Program-made: the position numbers and the translations under genes
Shown: in pieces, positions 10,273 through 20,022 of the stretch
Layout of the letters: every line of letters begins with the position of its first letter
How positions within the stretch are numbered: the stretch's first letter is position 1
Notes under the pieces: model-generated
The model's database searches: none
Seen by the model: only the letters and a program-made list of their open reading frames with translations
What the model was told of the DNA's origin: nothing
Source of the DNA: Dehalococcoidia bacterium
GTDB taxonomy: Bacteria; Chloroflexota; Dehalococcoidia; UBA2979
Direction: 5' to 3'
Length of the DNA stretch: 64,000 nucleotides
NCBI GenBank assembly: GCA_965261685.1
Contig: CBDHDI010000019.1
Coordinates: 78,005-142,004, forward strand

Positions 10273-11638
10273 AGTAGCGTCCCAGCAAGTGGTGTCACAG
10301 AGGTGGACGTAGGAGACCACCGCGCCATCCTTCACACAGGAATCAGTCACGTGAAGGAGGACTACGGTGGTCAGGGAGAGCGTGAACTTGTTGGAGTTGC
10401 TGCGCAAGCAGGCGGCCGGGGGTGACCTCGACTTCTTGCGTGAGGCCGTCGCGGTGCTCGCCGAGGCGGTGATGGAGGCCGAGGTCGCAGAGCAGGCCGG
10501 CGCCGCCTACGGCGAGCGCAGCCCCGAGCGCATCACCCGGCGCAACGGCTACCGGCCGAGGCGCTGGGACACGCGCGCCGGCAGCATCGAGCTGCAAATC
10601 CCGAAGCTGCGCCAGGGCAGCTACTTCCCCGCCCTGCTCGAGCCGCGCAGGCGCGCCGAGCGCGCCCTGCTCGCGGTGGTCCAGCAGGCGTACGTGGAAG
10701 GCGTCTCCACGAGGCGCGTCGACGACCTCGTGCGCTCGCTGGGCTGCGAGGGCATCTCCAAGAGCCAGGTCTCGAGGATCTGCGCCGAGCTGGACACCGT
10801 CGTCACGAGCTTCCTCGAGCGCCCGCTCGACGGCGGTCCGTACCGCTACCTCTGGCTCGACGCGCTCACCCAGCGCGTGCGCGAGGAGGGCCGTATCGCC
10901 CAGGTCAGCGTCGTCGTCGCCACGGCCGTCAACGCCGACGGCAAGCGTGAGGTGCTGGGCATTGACGTCGGCACGAGCGAGGACGGGGCGTCTTGGCTCT
11001 CATTTCTCCGCGGGCTGGTGGCGCGCGGGCTCTCCGGCGTGGAGCTCGTGACCTCCGACGCCCACCAGGGCCTCAGGGCGGCGATCGCGACCGTCTTCGG
11101 CGGCGCGTCGTGGCAGCGCTGCCGGACGCACTTCATGCGCAACCTGCTCACGCGCGTGCCGAAGAGCGCCGAGGCGCTGGTGGCGACGACCGTGCGCACG
11201 ATCTTCCAGCAGCCGTCGGCGGAGGCGGTGCACGCCCAGCACGCCCGCGTCGTGGAGCAACTGGAGGCGCGCTTCCCCGCGGCCGCGGCGATGCTCGATG
11301 AGGCCGCACCGGAGATTCTGGCGTTCACGGCCTGCCCGGTCGCGCACTGGAAGCAGGTCTGGTCGAACAACCCGCAGGAGCGCCTCAACCGCGAGATCCG
11401 CCGGCGCACCGACGTGGTCGGCATCTTCCCCAACCGCGCCGCGGTCGTGCGCCTGGTCGGCGCGGTGCTCGGCGAGCAGCACGACGAGTGGGCGGTGGCG
11501 AGGCGCTACATGACGATGGTGACCCTGCTGCACCCGCCCGGGCGCGAGGTCACTTCAGGCGAGGAGGTGCTGCTGCAAGCTGCCAGCTAGCAATTGATAA
11601 GGATGGTGCACTGTGACACCAACTTGCGGGACGTGACC
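10273..11638 (+). mobile_element. IS256-family insertion sequence (~1.37 kb) flanked by an 8-bp TSD CTGACCCG
   Basis: Imperfect terminal inverted repeats: AGTAGCGTCCCAGCAAGTGGTGTCACAG at the left end and CTGTGACACCAACTTGCGGGACGTGAC at the right end. CTGACCCG is present at 10265-10272 and again at 11639-11646. The element encloses an IS256-type transposase ORF. Confidence 0.8.
10367..11590 (+). CDS. IS256-family (mutator-type) DDE transposase
   Basis: 407 aa. N-terminal LLELLRKQAAGGDLDFLREAV...ERITRRNGYRPRRWDTRAGSIELQIPKLRQGSYFPALLEPRRRAE is typical of IS256 transposases. Confidence 0.9.
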   Translation: MVRESVNLLELLRKQAAGGDLDFLREAVAVLAEAVMEAEVAEQAGAAYGERSPERITRRNGYRPRRWDTRAGSIELQIPKLRQGSYFPALLEPRRRAERALLAVVQQAYVEGVSTRRVDDLVRSLGCEGISKSQVSRICAELDTVVTSFLERPLDGGPYRYLWLDALTQRVREEGRIAQVSVVVATAVNADGKREVLGIDVGTSEDGASWLSFLRGLVARGLSGVELVTSDAHQGLRAAIATVFGGASWQRCRTHFMRNLLTRVPKSAEALVATTVRTIFQQPSAEAVHAQHARVVEQLEARFPAAAAMLDEAAPEILAFTACPVAHWKQVWSNNPQERLNREIRRRTDVVGIFPNRAAVVRLVGAVLGEQHDEWAVARRYMTMVTLLHPPGREVTSGEEVLLQAAS

Positions 11639-11918
11639 CTGACCCGTGGCAGAGGCACCCGAACTACCACGGGCACGCGCTCGATTTTGTCGCTTCTGAA
11701 GAGTCACGCCCATGTTCGTCGCCCGCGGTTAGGAACACCAGCACCTGTCGCCTCGACTCAGTGATAGGACACGCAGGACTGTTGAGCTCGTGCCGATCGC
11801 GAGGACGGCCTACGTCTGGCACCCCCGTCGCCGGTCTCGATTTGAGCCTTGGGTCGAAGCAGGCACACGGCCGCGCTACGATCGCTCCCAGACCGAAACG
11901 GCCGGGGGTAGGTAGCAG

Positions 11919-12827
11919 GTGTCAGAATCGGGCTCAGTGGAGCCGTACCCAGAGCCCTCCAAGGGCGATCTTGCCGAGGACGTGGCTCGAAGGGCGCTCT
12001 CCCTGGTGCCGGGCCTTGGCGCCCCAGCCGCCGCGCTGATCGACGTAGTGTTCGCGCCCGCGCTCGAGAAGCGACGCATCCAGTGGTTCAACGAACTGGC
12101 GGAACTTGTGAATGACCTCCAGGCCCGGGATCCGAGCCTGACCGTGGCGTCGCTATCGGCCGACGACGAGTGGATCGATGCGGTACTGGCAGCGACCCGT
12201 ATCGCTCTCTGCACAAGCCGAGAGGAGAAGTGGCGAGCACTGAAGAGCGCCTTGGCGCACGTCGCCCTGCGCGACGAGCCAGACCACGACCTGGATTCCA
12301 CGTTCCTGAACCTGATCGACGTCCTTACTCCGTCGCATCTGCGGGTGCTGCACATGCTCCAGAGCACGCGGGCATCCGCAGCCGGGCACGGGACGACCGT
12401 GCCACTCACGATCGATCGCTCGTTCCGCCGGGTTGTTGAGCGACTCCTTCCTGATGTTCCGCTCGGCGTGTACACCCTGCTCAGAACCGACCTCGAGAGC
12501 CGAGGCCTCGTCATGACCGGCTCTGCTGCCGTCGCGGCGTCCAGGGACCCGGTCGACCAAAGGCTGACCACGCCGCTCGGCGACAAGTTCCTCGGCTTCA
12601 TCAGCGACAGCGTCAGCGACGAGGACGAGGGTGCAACACCAGACCGCCCCTACCCGGACTCCGCAAGCGGCGCCCCGCAGGCGCCGTCGGGCCGGTCGTC
12701 ACTGCGTGACCTCGCCGGGCAGTCGCTTGAGGAACGCCACCGTGCTGTCCGGGCAGCCGGCACTGCGGTCGACGCCGACGAGACCGAGGCTAGGGGCGAG
12801 ACCGCGGGCGACAGCATCGAGGAGTGA
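11919..12827 (+). CDS. Hypothetical protein (302 aa, predicted alpha-helical, acidic C-terminus)
   Basis: Long ORF with a GTG start, codon usage consistent with neighbours, no motif I recognise. It sits between the IS256 element and the MNT/HEPN pair inside the defence island. Confidence 0.45.
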   Translation: MSESGSVEPYPEPSKGDLAEDVARRALSLVPGLGAPAAALIDVVFAPALEKRRIQWFNELAELVNDLQARDPSLTVASLSADDEWIDAVLAATRIALCTSREEKWRALKSALAHVALRDEPDHDLDSTFLNLIDVLTPSHLRVLHMLQSTRASAAGHGTTVPLTIDRSFRRVVERLLPDVPLGVYTLLRTDLESRGLVMTGSAAVAASRDPVDQRLTTPLGDKFLGFISDSVSDEDEGATPDRPYPDSASGAPQAPSGRSSLRDLAGQSLEERHRAVRAAGTAVDADETEARGETAGDSIEE

Positions 12828-13341
12828 GTCGGCCAGATGTGACCGCCGCTCCGGCGACACGTGCCGAGGTTGGCTCGCCCGCCTGGAGCGCGCCGTGGGG
12901 GGCTGAGCTTCAGCGGTTCGAACCGGCGTTGGTCGTGAACTCGCCGGCGCTTGATGCGGCGCCCATGCGCTCAGTTCAGCCCGGCTCATTCCCCTGCAGG
13001 ACCGCGACGAGTTGTTCGACATGGGGGGTCACATGAGGGGTCTCGGCTGCCGGTCGGCGCGGGGAGGTTACGGTGACCCAGTCGGGCGACACCCCGATCG
13101 TCGAGCCCCCCGGCTGCTGAAACGGCCGCGCTCGAGCACGCGCCGCCGTCACAGAGGCCGGGCATCTGACAAGTTCGGTTAAGCTGGGTACCAGCAGTTG
13201 CTGGGCGATCGGCTGGATGCCGCCCGCACCCACCGTGGCCTTCGCAGTAGACTCCGGAACCAGCATCTTCCGACGCTGGCCTCTTGCGAGTCCTTGCCTT
13301 GGTGAACGACCGTCGATGTTCGCGGGAGGACTGAACGGGCG

Positions 13342-13671
13342 ATGACGACGACGACAGCGTACGGGCCGGTTGTGGAGAGGATGGTTGCGCTCCTCGCCGA
13401 CGAGTTCGAGCCCGACCGCATCATCCTGTTCGGCTCTCGCGCGCGAGGGGACGCGCAGCCCGACAGCGATGTGGACCTGCTCGTCATCATGCCCGACGGG
13501 GCGGATGAGACGCAGGCGACGGTCGCGATGCACGCCCTGCTGCATAAGATGCCGCTTCCGAAGGACATCGTCGTCTCCACCCCGTCGGCGATCGCGCGCC
13601 GCGGGCACATCCAGGGCAACGTCCTGTACGAGGGGCTGCGGGAAGGCGTCGTGCTTCATGAGCGGTCCTGA
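13342..13671 (+). CDS. Minimal nucleotidyltransferase (MNT) component of an MNT/HEPN toxin-antitoxin pair
   Basis: 109 aa with ILFGSRARGDAQPDSDVDLLVIMPDG, the GS...D.D nucleotidyltransferase signature. Confidence 0.8.
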   Translation: MTTTTAYGPVVERMVALLADEFEPDRIILFGSRARGDAQPDSDVDLLVIMPDGADETQATVAMHALLHKMPLPKDIVVSTPSAIARRGHIQGNVLYEGLREGVVLHERS

Positions 13672-14074
13672 CCGCTCGGCAGAAGCCCTCAACTGGCTGG
13701 AGTTTGCGCGTCGCGACCTGCGTATCGCCGCCGCGCTGCACGCCATCGATCCGACGCTCTTCACCGCAGCATGCGTGCACGCACAGCAGGCCGCCGAGAA
13801 GTCCCTGAAGGCCATACTCGTACTCCACGACCTGCCGGTCCCATTCACCCACGACCTCGCCTACCTGCGCGGTCTCGTCGGCGACCACCTTCCTCCTGGG
13901 CCAGCGCAGGAGTACCTCAACCGACTTAACCGTTGGGGTGCTGCGGCGCGATACCCCGGAGGCGCTACGGACGCCACTGCCGATGACATTGCGCAGGCCG
14001 AGCTCGCCGCAGGAGCGGTCTATGATCACGTCGCGGCCGAGTTCGCGCGGCTCGGCCTGCTACCCGACGAGTAG
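13658..14074 (+). CDS. HEPN-domain protein (partner of the MNT)
   Basis: Internal ATG at 13658 gives MSGPDRSAEALNWLEFARRDLRIAAALHAIDP...AQQAAEKSLKAILV. The stretch ending RYPG and the helical pattern fit a HEPN domain. It overlaps the MNT stop by 14 nt, as is typical for these pairs. The six-frame ORF 13370..14074 is over-extended at its 5' end. Confidence 0.7.
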   Translation: MSGPDRSAEALNWLEFARRDLRIAAALHAIDPTLFTAACVHAQQAAEKSLKAILVLHDLPVPFTHDLAYLRGLVGDHLPPGPAQEYLNRLNRWGAAARYPGGATDATADDIAQAELAAGAVYDHVAAEFARLGLLPDE

Positions 14075-14309
14075 CCGAGGCCTCGACTATCCATGCGACA
14101 GGATGCACCCGCGGAGAACGTGATCACCGTTCGGTTGCCCTTCATCGCCTCGCGCTCGACCCGGGTACGGGTTCCCAGCGCGCGTCTCGACGGGGCCGGT
14201 TGAGCGACGAGGTGCCGGCAAGTAGCCCCTATCGGCAACCGAGAACCTCTTGGGCTAGGAAGGCGTTGCAGCGGTCCGCGCCATCCCTACGAACCGAATG
14301 CGGGGGTAA

Positions 14310-14818
14310 GTGGTGAGACTCGCTGGTGTTGACTTCCCCCGGCGCCTGACCGAGGCGCTGGAGAGCGACGAACTCGTTGTCTTCGCTGGTGCGGGGGTCT
14401 CGATGGGAACGCCGGCGAACCTCCCGGACTTTGAAGGCCTCGCGACGGCGATCGCTGCAGGGACCGGCGAAGCCCAGCACGAGAGCGAACCCGTGGATCG
14501 CTTCCTCGGTCGGCTAACGAGCAGGGGCACGAACGTTCACGAACGAGCCGCCGACGAGCTCCGCGGAGGTACCCCTGAACCGACCGCCCTGCACGGCGAC
14601 CTGCTGCGGCTCTACCGGACAGCGCAATCCGTCCGTGTCGTCACGACGAACTTCGATGCGCTGTTCGAGCGGGCGGCGGCGCATGTCTTCGATCGGGCCC
14701 CCTCCGTGTTCACGGCTCCCGCTCTGCCACTGGGCAGCAGCTTCAGTGGGATCGTGCATGTCCACGGGGGTCTCGGCGACCCTCGGGGCATGGTGCTCAC
14801 CGACGCCGACTTCGGCAG
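14310..14818 (+). pseudogene. 5' portion (SIR2_2-type sirtuin domain) of a DSR-like defence gene, interrupted by IS21
   Basis: VVFAGAGVS...TTNFDALFE...HVHGGLGDPRGMVLTDADFG are SIR2_2-family motifs. The frame runs straight into the IS21 terminus at 14819. Confidence 0.7.
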
Positions 14819-14868
14819 TGAAGTCAGCGCTCGGATAGTGATCCAATCAGCGCCCGGATGGTGATCCA

Positions 14869-16386
14869 TTGCGGGGCGTGTCCCAGCATCTCCGGCGACG
14901 GGGCCGCGGAGACTGGGGGGAAGGGATGCTCCGAGTGGAAGACGTGCACGTGTTGCGACACAAGGTGCTGGTCGAAGGTCTGAGCCGGCGGCAGGCGGCC
15001 CGGGAGATGGGGATCAGCCGCAACACCGTGCGGCGCTACCTGAGGCTGCCCGAGCCGGTGCGGGTCGAGCGTGAACCGCGGCGGAAGCCGGTCCTCGAAC
15101 GGGTGCAGCCGCGGCTCGACGCGCTGCTGGAGGAGTGGTCGGGGCGGACGACGGCGAAGCAGCGGCTGACGGCGACGAGGCTGCACCGCCAGCTGCGCGA
15201 AGAAGGCTACGAGGTCGGCGAGACGCTGGTACGGAGCTACCTGCGGGAGTGGCGGCGCCGGCGCGCCGAGGTCTACGTGCCGCTGGTGCACCGCCCGGGC
15301 GACGAGGCGCAGGTCGACTTCTTCGAGGTCACCGTCGAGGTGGGAGGCGAGCGCCGCAAGGCCTGGAAGTTCCTGATGCGGCTGATGTACTCGGGCCGCG
15401 ACTTCGTCCGGCTCTACGACCGCCAGGACCAGGTCGCCTTCCTCGACGGCCACGTGCGGGCGTTCGCCCACTTCGGCGGGGTGCCCGCGCGCATCGTCTA
15501 CGACAACCTCGCAGCGGCGGTGCGGCGCGTGCAGTTCCCCCGGCGCCAGCTCACCGAGCGCTTTGAGGCGCTGGTGAGTCACTACCTGTACGAGCCGTGC
15601 TTCGCGCGGCCCGGCGAGGGCCACGATAAGGGCGGGGTCGAGGGGCGCGGCAGGGGCGTGCGGCTGCAGCACCTCACGCCGATTCCCCGCGGCGACTCGC
15701 TGGCCGAGCTCTCGGACTGGCTGCAGGGGGAGGTGGACCGCCACGCCGCGCCGCGGGTGCATGAGCGCTTCGCCGAGGAGCGGCCGCTGCTGCGCCCCGG
15801 GCCCGGCGTCGCGTTCGAGGCGCGGCGGGTGCAGCCGGTCTCGGTGAGCCGCAGTGCGCTGGTGCGCGCCGAGGGGGCCTGGTACTCGGCGCCGAGCCGC
15901 TGGGCGGGCCTGCGGGCGACGGCGCTGATCGGCACCGACGAGCTGACGCTGCGCTGCCGCGGCGAGGAGGTCGTACATCCCCGACAGCCCTTCGGCGGCC
16001 GCCGGGTGGACTACCGGCACTACCTCGGCGAGCTGGCGCGCAAGCCGCAGGCGGTGCGGCAGGTGGCGCCGGAGCTGGTCGCGGCGCTGGGCGAGCCCTT
16101 CGGGCGGCTCTGGACGCGGCTGGAGCGCGAGCAGGGCGCTCAGGAGGGGGCGCGCACCCTTGCGCGGTTGCTGCGGGCCGTCCACGAGCACGGCGAGGAG
16201 CGCGTGCGCGACGTCCTGGAGCAGGTCCTCGAGCAGGAGCGCTTCGACGAGCTCGCCGTGCAGCGTCTGCTCGCCTCGGCCCGGGCGCCGGAGGCAGTGA
16301 CGGTGCCGGAGCCGCTGCGCGGCTACGAGGTCGAGAGCGTCTCGGCGGCCGTCTACGACCGCCTGCTCGCGGCGGCGGCGCCGTGA
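14869..16386 (+). CDS. istA: IS21-family transposase IstA
   Basis: 505 aa. It has the N-terminal HTH ([21 protein letters not shown]) and the conserved IstA core. It is followed by istB with an overlapping stop/start. Confidence 0.9.
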   Translation: MRGVSQHLRRRGRGDWGEGMLRVEDVHVLRHKVLVEGLSRRQAAREMGISRNTVRRYLRLPEPVRVEREPRRKPVLERVQPRLDALLEEWSGRTTAKQRLTATRLHRQLREEGYEVGETLVRSYLREWRRRRAEVYVPLVHRPGDEAQVDFFEVTVEVGGERRKAWKFLMRLMYSGRDFVRLYDRQDQVAFLDGHVRAFAHFGGVPARIVYDNLAAAVRRVQFPRRQLTERFEALVSHYLYEPCFARPGEGHDKGGVEGRGRGVRLQHLTPIPRGDSLAELSDWLQGEVDRHAAPRVHERFAEERPLLRPGPGVAFEARRVQPVSVSRSALVRAEGAWYSAPSRWAGLRATALIGTDELTLRCRGEEVVHPRQPFGGRRVDYRHYLGELARKPQAVRQVAPELVAALGEPFGRLWTRLEREQGAQEGARTLARLLRAVHEHGEERVRDVLEQVLEQERFDELAVQRLLASARAPEAVTVPEPLRGYEVESVSAAVYDRLLAAAAP

Positions 16387-17132
16387 ACAACGCGGCTCGC
16401 GCGGCCGTGCTCGAGGCGCACTGCCGCGAACTCAAGCTGCCCACGATCCGCCGCGAGTACCCCGCGCTGGTGCGCCAGGCCACGCACGACGGGTGGGACT
16501 ACGAGGAGTTCCTCGTGCAGTTGCTCGAGGCAGAGGTGCTGGCCCGCCGCGATAGCGCGGTCGCACGCCTGCTGCGCCAGGCGCGCTTCCCCGACATCAA
16601 GACCTTCGAGCAGCTCGACTGGGACGCGCTCGGGGGCGTCGAGCGGCCACAGCTCGCACAGCTCGCGACCTGCGAGTACATCGAGCGCGCCGACGACGTC
16701 GTCATCGCCGGGCCGATCGGCACCGGCAAGACGCACCTCGCGATCGCGCTCGGCGTCGAGGCCGCCCGCCGCCGCCACCGCGTCGCCTTCATCCGCGCCG
16801 CCGACCTCGTGCGCGAGCTGGTCGAGGCACGTGACGAGCTCACGCTCTCGCGGCTCCATCAGCGTTACCTGCGGGTCGCGCTGCTGATCGTCGACGAGCT
16901 CGGCTTCGTGCCCTTCGAGCGCACCGGCGGCGAGCTGCTGTTCAATCTCCTCGCCGACCGCTACGAGCGGCGCTCGACGATCGTCACGACCAACCTCGCG
17001 TTCAGCGAGTGGGTGCAGGTCTTCGGCGACGAGAAACTCACCACGGCGCTGCTCGACCGCCTCGGGCACCACGCCCACATCCTCACCACGCGCGGCGCTT
17101 CCTACCGGACGCGTCACAGAACACAGACCTGA
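16383..17132 (+). CDS. istB: IS21-family helper ATPase IstB
   Basis: 249 aa with Walker [17 protein letters not shown] and Walker [10 protein letters not shown], the IstB/DnaC-like signature. Confidence 0.9.
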   Translation: MNNAARAAVLEAHCRELKLPTIRREYPALVRQATHDGWDYEEFLVQLLEAEVLARRDSAVARLLRQARFPDIKTFEQLDWDALGGVERPQLAQLATCEYIERADDVVIAGPIGTGKTHLAIALGVEAARRRHRVAFIRAADLVRELVEARDELTLSRLHQRYLRVALLIVDELGFVPFERTGGELLFNLLADRYERRSTIVTTNLAFSEWVQVFGDEKLTTALLDRLGHHAHILTTRGASYRTRHRTQT

Positions 17133-17239
17133 CCAACGAAGGACTCAGCACCAAGAACGTCAGCAGCGATCGTGGCGCCGGAGTGGATCAACATCCGAGC
17201 GCTGACCTGGATCGCTATCCGAGCGCTGTTGACAGGCAG

Positions 17240-20022
17240 GGCGTACCTGACCGAGGGATGGGCGAGGCGCTTCCTGGTCGACCTGTTTCGCACGCACACC
17301 GTCCTGTTCGTCGGCTACAGCCACGGCGACACGGTCATGAACTACCTGTCGCGAGCCCTGACTCCGGACGCTGGCGACCGGTTCGCGCTCACCGACGAGC
17401 CTGACAGCGCGAACTGGCAGCTGCTCGGCGTCGAGCCCATCGGCTACGAGAAGTCAGCGGAAGGCGACCACAGTGCGCTCGCAGAGGGTGTCCGGCGTCT
17501 CGCCGACTACAGCCGGCGGGGGCTCCTCGACTGGCAGCGCGACATTGCCGACATCGCCAAGAACCCGCCCCCTCTTGATGACGAGGCCACAGACCTGATC
17601 GACGACACCCTGTCCGACCCGGAGCGATGCCGCTTCTTCACCGATGCCGCATCGCATGTGGACTGGATCGCATGGCTCGAACGACGCGGGTATCTGGCCG
17701 CGCTGTTCGAGACCGCGAACCTCACCGAACGTGATGGACGACTGGCGCGATGGCTGGCGGAGCGCTTCGCAGGGGAACACGCCAGCTCGCTATTCCTGCT
17801 GATTGGACGCAACCGCCTGCGGGTTCATCCGTCGTTCTGGCGGGAACTTGCACGGGTGGTGCAAGACAAGGATCGCCCGCTGAGCGCCGCCCCTCTGGCT
17901 CGATGGGTCTCGCTGCTCCTCGCGACCGACTCCCGGATACCCGACGCCAATCTCCTGATGAATTCCCTGGGTGAGCGCTGCGCCGAAGCGGGGCTGACGG
18001 ACGCCCTTCTCGACGTGTTCGACGCGATGGCCGCCGGTGGCCTCGCGATCGAACCGGGGTTCGCCGTGGTGAGCGAGGACGACGGCGAACGTGCGGTCAG
18101 GGTTGAGACAGACCAGCAGCATCACCAGATGGACCAGTTCTCTCTGGAGAGGCTGTACGAGGACCACCTGAAGACCAAGCTCCAGGAAGCGGCTGAATCC
18201 CTGTTGGAGCGGGTAGTTCGCCGCCTGGCGGAGCGGCACCGCACGCTCCGTTCCTGGCAGCAGGCCACCCGGGACGACGACGCGATGAGCTTTCACCGGA
18301 GCGCGATCGAACCCCACGAACAGGACAGCCATCCACAGCTGATCGATGTGCTGATAGACGCAGCTCGTGACGCGCTCGAACACCTGGTTGCGGCTCGCCC
18401 GGACGCCGGGGCGAGGTGGTGCGATCGTTTGGTGGAGGCGGAGGCGCCGCTGTTGCGCCGCCTCGCCGTGCATGCGTTGCGGAGTCGGAGTGACCTCGGC
18501 GCGGACGAGAAGGTCGGGTGGCTGCTGTCCCGCGTCGGCCTGCATGACAGGGCAACGCATCACGAGACGTTTCTGGCGGTACGCGCCACCTACCCCGAGG
18601 CAAGTGTGCCGCAACGCCAGGCGACCATCGATGCCATCCGGACGTACGAGTGGCCCTCTGACGACGACAGGGAGCGCTACACGGCCTATCGACACCTCGA
18701 GTGGTTCCAGTGGCTGCGTGATTCGGACCCGGCGTGCGATCTGGCCAGGGAGGCCCTTGAGGGCGTCCGGCAACGGTACCCAGACTTCCGGCCGAGCGAG
18801 CACCCGGACCTCACCCACTACCACTGGAGCGGCGACTATGAGGGTCCTGAGACTCCGTGGAGCCCCGAGGAGCTGCTTTCGCGGCCTGCTGGCGAGAGCC
18901 TCGAACAGCTCCTGTCGTTCCGTGACGACGACCCGTTCGAGCCGAGTCGCGACGGGCTCTTGCGCAGCGTGGCGGAAGCGGCTAAGCGAGACTTCACGTG
19001 GGGGCTCGCACTGGCCGCCGCGCTGTCCGAGTCGGAGGACTGGGACAGCGATCTCTGGCCGCCGCTGCTGCGCTCATGGTCCGGCGGGCTCGATGAAGAC
19101 AAGCACCGTCAGGCCTTTGCCCGGCTGGGCGATGCCGAGCTCCACCAGCGCCAGATTCAGGCCATCGCTGACATGCTCCTCGCCCTGGTCAAGGATGGGG
19201 GACTTCCCTACGCGTCGGCGCTGCTTAAGGAGTCGAATCAGCTTGCTCGCAGGCTCTGGGCGCACTGCGGTCAAGACGATGGGGAGCCGGGTTCGGAAGG
19301 CTGGTTCGCGGCTGCAATCAACCACCCAGCCGGCGCGCTCACACAGTATTGGCTCTTGAGCCTCTCGTTGTGGAGGAACCGGCACGAGACGCGACCGGAC
19401 GCCATGGATGAGGAGCACTCCTCCGCTCTGCTGCGGGTGATCAATGAACGGGCAGTCGCCGGGAGACTGGGAAGGACCGTTCTGGCCCAGTCCCTGGGAT
19501 TCCTGCTGGCTGCCGATGAAGCGTGGACGAGAGCGCACCTCATTCCGCTGTTTGAAGACACCGACGGCGACGACTACCAGGCTGTCTGGGACGGCCTACT
19601 GCACGGGCGGATGGATCGCAACGTGGTCACTGCGATGGAGGGTGCGATCTTCGCGGCGATCCCTCACATGAGCGATCTGTTTCCGAGTCACAGACAGCAA
19701 CGCGAAGCGTTCATCGCACTGTGCACGGCTGTCGTCACGTACTTCGTCGACGATCCGCTGGACGCCTGGACACCCGGGTTCTTCAAGGCCGCGGACGACT
19801 CGGACAAGCGTCTCTTCGCGTGGAGCGTCGGCAAGAGTATTCGCGGAGTGGATGACGCAGGCCAGCGAGAGTGGTGGGAACGTTGGCTCAAGCAGTACTG
19901 GGAAAACCGGCTTCAAGGCGTCCCTGCACCCCTCAGCGAGGGCGAAGTGGCTGCGATGGTCGATTGGCCACGCTGCTTTGAGAGCCTCTTCCCCGAGGCT
20001 GTCGACCTTGCAGTCAGGATGC
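17240..20022 (+). pseudogene. 3' portion of the DSR-like SIR2 gene (remainder of the SIR2 domain plus ~900-aa C-terminal domain), truncated by IS1380
   Basis: Directly after the IS21 TSD the frame reads RAYLTEGWARRFLVDLFRTHTVLFVGYSHGD (SIR2_2 GYS..D motif). About 925 aa without P-loop motifs follow. From ~20023 the ORF runs into IS1380 sequence, so its last ~50 aa are IS-derived. Confidence 0.6.

Larger units (their letters stand above)
14819..17234 (+). mobile_element. IS21-family insertion sequence (2,416 bp) with TG...CA termini, multiple terminal repeats and a 5-bp TSD GGCAG
   Basis: Left end TGAAGTCAGCGCTCGGATAGTGATCCAATCAGCGCCCGGATGGTGATCCA. The reverse complement of the right end reads TGTCAACAGCGCTCGGATAGCGATCCAGGTCAGCGCTCGGATGTTGATCCA. 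GGCAG is present at 14814-14818 and 17235-17239. The element contains istA and istB. Confidence 0.85.

Noticed and set aside
12976-13848. 290-aa minus-strand ORF spanning the MNT/HEPN pair
   Set aside because: It is antisense to two genes with clear nucleotidyltransferase and HEPN signatures.
14824-16483. Minus-strand ORFs of 455 aa and 269 aa across the IS21 element
   Set aside because: They are antisense to the well-supported istA/istB genes and Arg/Pro/Ala-rich with a composition typical of GC3-skew artefacts.
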